From a virus, in the IMG/VR virus record IMGVR_UViG_3300009105_000002, positions 31,320 through 95,319 of that record: a DNA stretch of 64,000 nt, one strand, 5' to 3'. The translations under genes were made by a program, and so were the position numbers. A model generated the notes under the pieces. It was not told where the DNA came from. It saw nothing but the letters and a program-made list of their open reading frames with translations, and ran no database searches. This document shows, piece by piece, positions 10,331-18,800 of the stretch. The stretch's first letter is position 1. Each line of letters opens with the position of its first letter.

Positions 10331-10507
10331 ATGCCGAGAATAAAAAAATATGGCAAGGCTCACGCAGTAAGGTTTAAAAAGGATGTTGAAAAAAAGCTCC
10401 TTCAGGTCTGCATTCAAAAGGAAGTCAATAAATCCGACATCATTCAGAATGCCGTAGAGTGTTATCTCTTCAACAAAAAATGCTTTGCAAAGAGAAGATC
10501 GCTGTAA
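10331..10507 (+). CDS. Ribbon-helix-helix regulator (58 aa, absent from the ORF track)
   Basis: RBS GGAGG at 10321; MPRIKKYGKAHAVRFKKDVEKKLLQVCIQKEVNKSDIIQNAVECYL, CopG/Arc pattern. Confidence 0.7.
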   Translation: MPRIKKYGKAHAVRFKKDVEKKLLQVCIQKEVNKSDIIQNAVECYLFNKKCFAKRRSL

Positions 10508-10520
10508 AGAGAGGGCTATC

Positions 10521-10943
10521 ATGCAAAAAATGTTCAATATGATTATACATAAAGTATCAAAAAAGGGTAAATCTAATTTAACATACTCGTATCCTGAATA
10601 TAAGCTTGTTTTTAAAAGAGGGGCTGTGGCAGCGATCAAGAAAGCAAAAGGATGGAAAAGCGACAACAAGATGGCAATGGCCTTAGGGATCACAAGGGCA
10701 ATGCTTTCTGGCATGAAAAGTCAGAAATTAAACGTTACTCATAAGATAATGACGAGGCTGGCATACCAGCTCAGCAATACAAGAGGCAATTGGTGGACAC
10801 ACTTTGAAATGGTAGAATGGGGACATATACCGCAGAACCACCCATTATACAACCACGACAAGTACATGGGTCGGATACCTTACACAGAACATAGCCCAGC
10901 AGCTGCTTTTAGAAGCTTAGATTATGAGGCAGAGAGCTTGTAG
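10521..10943 (+). CDS. XRE/Cro-type HTH protein with an unknown C-terminal domain
   Basis: SDNKMAMALGITRAMLSGMKS helix-turn-helix; RBS GAGGG. Confidence 0.65.
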   Translation: MQKMFNMIIHKVSKKGKSNLTYSYPEYKLVFKRGAVAAIKKAKGWKSDNKMAMALGITRAMLSGMKSQKLNVTHKIMTRLAYQLSNTRGNWWTHFEMVEWGHIPQNHPLYNHDKYMGRIPYTEHSPAAAFRSLDYEAESL

Positions 10944-10980
10944 GATTCGGGTGGATCCTAAAAAAATCGGGAAAAAGACC

Positions 10981-11009
10981 TTGACAGGGAAAAGACCATC
11001 AGGTAAACT
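10981..11009 (+). promoter_or_regulatory. Sigma70-like promoter TTGACA-17-TAAACT
   Basis: TTGACA 10981-10986, TAAACT 11004-11009. Confidence 0.65.
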
Positions 11010-11015
11010 ATTAGG

Positions 11016-11178
11016 TGAAAAGGAGAGAAGCGCATGAAACACAAAGCCCCCAAAGTCGAATTTGAAAAGCGTGGATTTTTTCTGTCCATTAAATCCCTGT
11101 CTCTGAAAGGAACAAGACCACGCTACCTGAAAAGGTTAATGGCTTTGGGGCCCGAGTAAGAGCAGGGCTTTTTTATTT
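11016..11178 (+). ncRNA. Putative structured small RNA / leader
   Basis: Nested stems CCCCAAAGTC/GGCTTTGGGG, AGCGTGG/CCACGCT, ACCT-GAAA-AGGT, AAAGCCC/GGGCTTT followed by a T-tract; promoter immediately upstream. Confidence 0.45.
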
Positions 11179-11344
11179 GTGAAATGAGAGAGGACCGTAA
11201 AAGAGTCTTTAGAAACTGAATGGGTAGCGCCGAGAAGGCAGTACGGAGATTAAGCCGTCAGGAGTAGGCCGCAAGGTCGATTAAAACCGTAAGGGCTACA
11301 AAGCAAGGGCAAAATAGCTTGCTTGGCGTGACTTGGGTAAAGTG

Positions 11345-11406
11345 TTATCCACACGATTCTAACAATATATCGTAACTTGTTGAAAGACTTACAGTTACGC
11401 ATATAT
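11345..11406. promoter_or_regulatory. DnaA box plus IHF-like palindrome next to the dif-like site
   Basis: TTATCCACA 11345-11353; TAACTTGTTGAAA 11373-11385 (1 mismatch to YAANNNNTTGATW) within the CGTAACT...AGTTACG inverted repeat. Confidence 0.4.
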
Positions 11407-11420
11407 TTTTTAAATACCCA

Positions 11421-11448
11421 AGTTAACATAAGATACATTATAGGCGGT
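11421..11448 (-). other. dif-like XerC/XerD site with canonical XerD arm; left att of prophage 2
   Basis: Minus strand ACCGCCTATAA-TGTATC-TTATGTTAACT versus E. coli dif GGTGCGCATAA-TGTATA-TTATGTTAAAT (XerD arm 10/11, spacer 5/6). Confidence 0.85.
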
Positions 11449-11460
11449 TCGGACATACCA

Positions 11461-11489
11461 ATATTACCACAAGCCTTTATGTTTGTCAA
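11461..11489 (-). promoter_or_regulatory. Outward-facing sigma70-like promoter TTGACA-17-TAATAT (extended -10) pointing across the left att
   Basis: Minus strand TTGACA aacataaaggcttgtgg TAATAT. Confidence 0.65.
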
Positions 11490-11508
11490 GGGCAAGCTAA
11501 AAAAATCA

Positions 11509-11793
11509 CTACCTTCCTTTTAGATAATAACCCTGATGGGCGTCTTTTTCCTGACGATTACCGTTATTACCAAGCAACTCAAAGATCCTACCTCTCCATT
11601 TCTTGATTTTGCTCGATAATGGCAAATCAGGAAACTCAACCTGCAGCTCTGAATAGAAAAGCCTTGTAAGTTGGCTTACAGAAATGTGGTTGAATTTGCA
11701 GAACTCCACTACGTAGTCCTTTAGCCATACAGGTAGTGTTACAACAATCTTCACGGTTTCAGTCTCATAGCGACTCATTACCATTGGTATCAC
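11509..11793 (-). CDS. RHH/CopG-like DNA-binding protein
   Basis: KIVVTLPVWLKDYVVEFCKFNHISVSQLTR pattern; RBS AAAGGAG. Confidence 0.6.
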   Translation of the reverse strand: MIPMVMSRYETETVKIVVTLPVWLKDYVVEFCKFNHISVSQLTRLFYSELQVEFPDLPLSSKIKKWRGRIFELLGNNGNRQEKDAHQGYYLKGR

Positions 11794-11825
11794 TCTCCTT
11801 TTGGACTTGTGGCAGAGAATAAGTT

Positions 11826-11987
11826 TTATTTAAATCTTTTTCGATAAGCAAGAAAATTAGCAAGGGCCTTCCGCATGATGTCGCTTTCGTTCCAACCCAT
11901 TTCCTTTGCTAATTTCGCAACGCGCTTCTTTTGCTTTTTAGGAAGGCGAAATGTTATTTTGGAATGGTAGTTTGTGATGTCTGTCAT
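11826..11987 (-). CDS. RHH/CopG-like repressor (53 aa, near-leaderless)
   Basis: KITFRLPKKQKKRVAKLAKEMGWNESDIMRKALANFL. Confidence 0.75.
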   Translation of the reverse strand: MTDITNYHSKITFRLPKKQKKRVAKLAKEMGWNESDIMRKALANFLAYRKRFK

Positions 11988-11997
11988 ATGTAAGACA

Positions 11998-12062
11998 AGT
12001 TTATCATATAACCATAACTTTGTCAAGAAAATTGTTGCTATTGAAAAAAGGCATGGTATAAT
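11998..12062. promoter_or_regulatory. Divergent promoter pair
   Basis: Minus: TTGACA(12026-12021)-17-TAAACT(12003-11998). Plus: TTGCTA(12035-12040)-16-TATAAT(12057-12062). Both have an extended TG and lie a few nt from their start codons. Confidence 0.6.
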
Positions 12063-12067
12063 TAGAA

Positions 12068-12874
12068 ATGATGGGTAAATTTGGATTGTTATTACTCCTC
12101 TTGTTTTTTATAAGTGGTTGCGCTACGCTCAATTTTTCTGCCAATTATTATTCCCCTCCATCTAATTATAAAAGTGAAGTAAATAACTTGTGGACAGAAA
12201 TAAATTCTAACTTTTCTCTAAAATATAAATACACATTACGCATTGTTGATGACAATGAATGTCAAATGCCGGGTATCCCCGAAAACGACAATGGAGTTGT
12301 TAAATTGCCAGTTAATTATTTAAAATATGTATATCAAAATTATTACGATAATAGATTTACGATATTAACATGTTTAATTGTTCATGAATTATGCCATAGT
12401 GAATATGATTTACCTGACAACCCACCAGAAACTCATTTCCAGACTGATTTAAAAGCAATTTCTTTGTTATCCTGCTATACTACTATTTCAGCAGAAGATT
12501 ATTACAAAAGCATATATGTAGTAAAAAACTATTGGTTTGCCCGCAAGGGTATTGCCGGACATGCCTTTAATGTTGGTTGGAACGCTCTCCAAATAGTATC
12601 TTTAGTCAATGGAGGTTCTTATTGTTTTATGGATTGGTTTGCTACAGATTTAGATGTGCGCCTAAACCTATTATCAAGCAAATATGAAAAAATGCCACCT
12701 TGTTTTGCTATTACCAAGGATTCTAAAAATAATACTAATTCAGAAAAATCAGATTTTAAGTTTGCTTTTAAAAAGACAGACTACTATAAAATAGAAAGCT
12801 TAATTTATCCTGACTATACTGCGGGATTGGATGTATCTGAAAAAACAAGCATTAACATAGTGGGTGAAAAATAA
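12068..12874 (+). CDS. Lipoprotein with a zincin HExxH motif (moron)
   Basis: Lipobox FISG-C; LIVHELCH; AT-rich; opposite strand to the structural operon. Confidence 0.7.
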   Translation: MMGKFGLLLLLLFFISGCATLNFSANYYSPPSNYKSEVNNLWTEINSNFSLKYKYTLRIVDDNECQMPGIPENDNGVVKLPVNYLKYVYQNYYDNRFTILTCLIVHELCHSEYDLPDNPPETHFQTDLKAISLLSCYTTISAEDYYKSIYVVKNYWFARKGIAGHAFNVGWNALQIVSLVNGGSYCFMDWFATDLDVRLNLLSSKYEKMPPCFAITKDSKNNTNSEKSDFKFAFKKTDYYKIESLIYPDYTAGLDVSEKTSINIVGEK

Positions 12875-12877
12875 AAA

Positions 12878-15800
12878 CTAAGGGGAGATTTTAAGTTCCA
12901 TGTATAGGGCTTTAACGTCTTCTTCTATTGGTTTATCGGCATCTCTGTATTTCTTTCGTAAAACAGGGAGAATTTCTTTTCTTTCATCATCAGTAGCTAT
13001 CGAATAAACATTCAATCCTTCTTCAAGGGTGAGCCTTTTAAACGACTCCACGAAAGGAGTTAAGCGCGAATCTTTTGCAAGCTTCCTATAGCCGTCCCTC
13101 CCAAGCACCTCTATGGCCTCCTCTTTAATCTGCCATGGCCGAACCTCTCCTTTTCTGATTCTGTCTTTCTGCACCTTGCGATACAAGGTTTTTGCAAAAT
13201 CCGCTTCTGTGCGAGTAGTATCCGGCATCCTTTCAGAGATATAGCGATACATAAGTTTCTGCGCATTGCTCCGGGCAACATAGGAAGGCGCCGCGATTAT
13301 GCCGGTAATGGATATCAAAATATTTAACAGCGGATCAGGAGAGGTGAGTTGCATTCTTTCATAGTTCTTAAAAGAAAACGGTTTGGCGTAATTCTTTATG
13401 TGGATTGTCCTATCATAAAGTTGCTCCATTAAACCATCCTTTTCATCATAAAGCATGACATTATAAAAATCCTTATTCCTAAACTGCTCCATGGAAAGTC
13501 CGATTAGGGGGTGCCTTTTGCTGACAAATGTTTGTAAAGGCCTTGTAGCGTAGGCATATATATCCTTTGCGTAAGTAGGTAGAGATAACCGTTCGTCGGA
13601 TCCATCGGGGTTCTTTCTGCCAGTTCTTGGGAAGAAATAGTCCCTTATTTCTCTTGGGCGCTCCCCTGACAAGACATATGTTGCAATTGCCCCTATGATC
13701 ATATATACTATCATCGCGCCGATCCCATACGCCATTTTATGGCTTAATAGCTTATCTCCTGCTCTTATACGGGCTCCTGCAGTTCCTAAATCAACAGGTA
13801 TGCCCCCATATTCCCTCCAAGAGCCCAAATTCCACCCTACCGACCTCACAGAGGCCATCAAAACGTCTTTTAAGGTCTTATTCCAGAACAGGTTGTCATA
13901 TATCAGCGATCCCATGCGGTTATCCACGCTATCCCATACCTTTGTAAGCATATACCACAATTGCTCGTCGTTTATTTCTCCGGAGGCAGCACGCTCCATT
14001 TCGCTTTGTGCGAGTTTAGAAAATAGCCCTAATTTGCCGGTAGGAACATACCACTCCATAATCGGCTTGGCAGCGGTTTCTAAAATGGATCCAAATATAT
14101 TTAAAGGTAATTTCGCCATAGCAGCTATCTTCTCTATGCCCGATCCTACCAAAATATCCTTAAATGTCTTCTGTAACGCCTTGATTTGTTGGTTATAATA
14201 GAACACATCTATCCTATCTCTGCCTCCAGCTCTTATCATCGTATCTACTTTAAGCCTTAATTTCGGATCCTGTATAGTATCCATTTGTTGCTTATATGCC
14301 CTCTTAATCCGCGAGCCTTCCCATAAGACCTTAATAGGTGCTATTGGAAATGTAATCAAATCTTTCAATCCTTGATAGAGCTGTCCTTTTATAGTCAGTT
14401 TCCGAAGCCCTAATCCTACCGTAGAAGCCCAAACATCAGTAGTAACGTTTAAGCCGTGAAAAGCCGACAACGATAAATTGACTTGATTTAGTATGTTTCC
14501 AAACCCCCTCACTAAGTTATATCCTGTCGCTATGAGCTTATTGTCGCTTGTCCTTAATCCCGGCGAAAGGTGATTATTTATGATTAAAGCCACATCTTTA
14601 GGTGCGTAATAATGTCCCAACGTAGTGAACCCGGGTATCTTTATCTTGGCGTCAGCCTCCCCTAATACCAGAGAAGGTCTTATGTCAAGGATCGGCCTTA
14701 ATTGACCGTGCTCATTTAAAAACTTCGTGAATAATTCGTATATATCCGGCGCTAATTTCTTGAATTCCTCCGGCGCATGGATCAGCGCTTCCAGTAAAAC
14801 AGCCTCTTTTTCCCTGTATTTCCTTACATAGTTTTTATAACTCGCAGGTGCGTCTATACCTTTATACCTTGCATCGGCAAGCGCTCGCCATTGCTCGTTT
14901 ATATTTTTTCTCCACTCAATCGCCTCTTTGGTAGGCTTTACTTCTTCTGTTCCTACCTTCTTGCCCTTGACATAGGTGTGGACATAGGTGTCTTTATACG
15001 CCGTGAAAGTATTGAACAGGTTGAACCTATACCCTAAAATATGCCCTATTTCGTGGGCCAATACACTTTCCGGACTGGCAAATTTAGTCCTTACTGTTGA
15101 AGGCCATTGCGCATACCCCCAACGAGTGCCTCCTATGGTTACAAACCTCTTGGTATCTATTTCAAGGGATTTCGCCACATCCATAAGTTGTTCCACTAAA
15201 ATGCTGTCAAACGCCTCTTTCTTCGTTATCTCCGGAGGCATATAGACAGTAAAAGCGGTGTCGTTTATCTTTGCAAACCCTTGAGGTGGCGTCTTGCGAG
15301 AATATACAAACCGGATCATACCCCTATTTTTTAAATCCCTTATGACGTTTTGCGCCATTACATACCGGTCTACTTCGTGGAGTTTTAGCAATACAAGATC
15401 AACAGGATTATTGCTTACCGGTGTAAGCCCGGCCTCAAGGCCTTCTTTAATCGTCATATAAGTTCGTTCTTTAAGAAAACCCTTCGTGCCTTCCAACCTC
15501 TTTTTCCCCATAATCTTTGCTATCACGCCTTTTGCGTGCTCAAATCTCTCCCATATATGAGGAAAATAATTCTTATAAAAGTTTTGTAATTGCCCTTTCC
15601 CAAGATTTTGAACCGACTCTCGCCTTTCATCAAGGAGTTTTCTCATTACGTCGCTGAACGCTTGAAGTTTTTCATTTTCTTGAGGAAGGCCTTTTTCCAT
15701 ATTATCTATGAATTTATAACTATCCTCCTTGTTCATCCAAGTAAAGGCGCGGTGGGCTTTCTTTAACGCCTCAATAGCAGTAACGTCTTTATGTGCCAAC

Positions 15801-18800
15801 TTCGCTAATCCACCCCGCATAACTTGAGAGGTTACTTGCGCGAGATTTGATACCGACGCCGGAGATAGGATTTTAAGAAATTCCTTGATATAGTTTATTC
15901 TTTCAGGAGGAGGCATACCTGCCTCTACCTTTACTCTATCTGTTATTCTTACTTTTTCCTCTTTTGATTCGATCGTGCCGTATCCTTTTGGTGCTTTAGA
16001 GGCGACAGATGAACCGCCTGCGCCACCGCCTTTGACCGGTTTTTTATAAAAACCCACTGTAACTCCATAAATAAAATCTTTATCAGGTGTTTCTACGAAT
16101 TCCCCCCCGATCAGTTCTAACCCTTTTTCTTTAGCTTTTTGTTGCAATATTTTAGGCGTCATATCCTCAGCATAATTAACTTTCTCCTGTGCTTCATATT
16201 CTCCAAATCCTGTGCCTGCGTAGCATTTATCACACCACCCCTCGACATATACATTGCCCTCCCAATAATTTATCTTATTGGGATTATTTACATCAGGAAC
16301 TTTATCAGTAATTGCTTTAGCGCCCATCTCTTTACTTGGGGTTTCGGCGGCTTTCTCAACCCTCGGCTTAATATGTTCCTCTACTGCTTTTTCGGAAATC
16401 TCTACGCCCACACCCTTTCTGCCGGTAGCAACGGCTTGTTCTATCGTTACGCCGGAACCAGCGAAAGGATCAAAAACCACTTCGCCTTGTTCAGTAGTCA
16501 TTTCGATCATAGCTTTTAACATCTTGCGGGGTTTCTCGGTTTGATATCCCCTCGGCCTCACAAGTTTAAAGTTAAGATTTTTTATAGGTTTTGTGAGTTT
16601 CCCGCTAAAATTAAAGACAATTATTCCTTCCGGCTCGATTATATCGCCCCTCATATTACGAACTCTTGTAATTCCGTCTTTTTGTAATTTAGTATATTCA
16701 CCCTTACCGACGGCAATCATTTCTAATCTATTGAATACATCTGTATATCTCTGCATTTCCTTTAATCCGGATTTGGCTTGGGAATACATATAAATCAAAG
16801 GAGTATCTGATGTGCGCATTACTTGTCCAAGCCTTTCAACCATAGTATAAAATTGTTCAGGCGTTATATAGTCATACTTAATCCCTCTATTGCCTCCGAT
16901 AACTGCCGGTGTTTTATACGGGACGTCGAGGAATATCATATCAGCTTTAAATCCTTGATCTACGAGTTTCGGCACAATTTCAAGAGCATCGCCGGTATGT
17001 ATATAGGCAACATCTCGCCCTTGATTACGCAGAACATATACGCCCTTACCTACTCTTTTAAACGTGCCTTCCTTGGCGCCTACGCCTACGATCCTGCGAA
17101 CATTAGGTTCGAGGATTTCAGTTTCTTTGGCTATCTGCTTTATGGATTTAGGTTCTTCCTTGACGGCTTCTTTGACTTTTTCTTTTTGAACGATCTTGCC
17201 TTTTTCAAATACAAACTCTTTTTGTGTAGCGTCGGGCTTTTCTGCTTTTAATTCTTTTATTAAATCTTTATGCTCAACCTGTTCCTCGGTAGGTCGGAGA
17301 GGCGTCGGAGACATTTTGGCTTCCGGCGCAAGGGAGGGTTTAACAATCCGTGCCTTATCCTCATTTAAAACTATAATCTGATCTGCAAGAATTGCTTTGA
17401 AAAACTTATGGTCGGTTTCTTTTGCGATTTTCCGAACATTTTTAAAAACTACTGCGTCATACTTTTTAGCGAGTGCGTCAAAAAACTCTTTCTCTTGATG
17501 AAGTGCCGGATGTCCAACCTCTGCCTCGGCTTCCCTATATGCCTCAATACTGTCAACAACCTTTATCTTCGCCCCTTTATCTATCTCGTATTCAACAGAC
17601 TCAAGGTTTTTTATTACCTGTTTTGCGCCTACCTTAGCCATCCATTTCTGCTTATCGTAATCATAAAAGGTTTCAGCACCAGCTTTTTTCAACTCTTTTA
17701 AATGTTCTAATCCCCCTACTTCAACAATTTTATCTTCGCCTTCCCTAATAGAAGTTTTTCCCCATATCCTATCTTCTAATGAAAGATATATCCTGTCCCC
17801 AGCAAATCTACCAAGTTTTTCCTCCCCTCCTAATGATCCTGTGCCGTGAATAGGTTTCTTGGTAAAATCAAACCTTTCCCCTCGTTCCAATGCTTCCTTG
17901 CCTTCTTTTGTTGTGAAATGTTTAGCGCGGAGAGGCTTTTCTTCTGATTCACCCGGTTGCTTTTCTGTTACCCATTCGGGTTCTCGTTCTGTATCTTTCT
18001 TGCTTGCGCCTTCAGGATCCCCCTCTGCTTCCCCAGCTCGTAGAGTTTTTTCAATCTCGGATTCTGAGACTTTTTCTTTCCTGAGTTGCTCTCGTTCTTC
18101 TCTGATTCGTTCTTCATTTCCGTATCCCTCCGATAGATTTTTGTAAATCTGTTCTTGCTTTTCTGTTAATTTTTCACCCTTCTCTTTCTTGTCTATTATA
18201 TCAAGTGCTTTCTTTTTAGTCAAATTTGTCCAAGCATCTCTGAACCATTGCGGAAATGTAGATCCTTGACCAATCCATTCGCCTGTTTCTGTCTTTATGC
18301 GCTTGCCGGCTTCTCCCCTTTCTATCTCGGATTTCATACCCATAATTAAATCTTTTTCTTCTTGAGGGATTTTCGGTGCAGAAGGCTCCACTTCCTTAAC
18401 CGGCTTAAACTTCTTCTCGCCCTCTTTAGCCCACTCTTTTACCCATTCAGGGATTTCGGGCTTCTCTTTTGCAGATTTAACAATCTGATTATATTGTTTA
18501 TCAATCAATCCGCGTGCAAATAATTCATCTATAATCCTATCTTCACTATAACCTCCTTCGCCCTCCCCGAAGGCATCGCCCTTTAAAAATGTTACCATTC
18601 TCCATAGGGGGGAATCTGGATTTTTTAATTCTATAGCTACTAACTCCCGTATTTGTTCTCTTTGTGATTCCTGCAATTTGTTGAATTTGTGATGGCGTCT
18701 TTCGTGCTCAGCTATATATTCTTTATCAGCAATGTTTTCTTTATTTATTATTATAACATTATCATTAGGGCTTATATCTCCCAAGTCAAAATCTATAACC

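Larger units (their letters stand above)
1..11420 (+). mobile_element. Prophage 1 (siphovirus-like), right-hand end: tail, adhesin, lysis, moron and regulator genes
   Basis: Gene order tape measure > Dit-like > Tal-like > fibres > holin/spanin-like. The element runs off the left edge of the window and ends next to the dif-like site at 11421. Confidence 0.8.

Noticed and set aside
11016-11335. Glycine riboswitch, 6S RNA, ribozyme or tRNA
   Set aside because: Only superficial resemblance; conserved core sequences not found by eye
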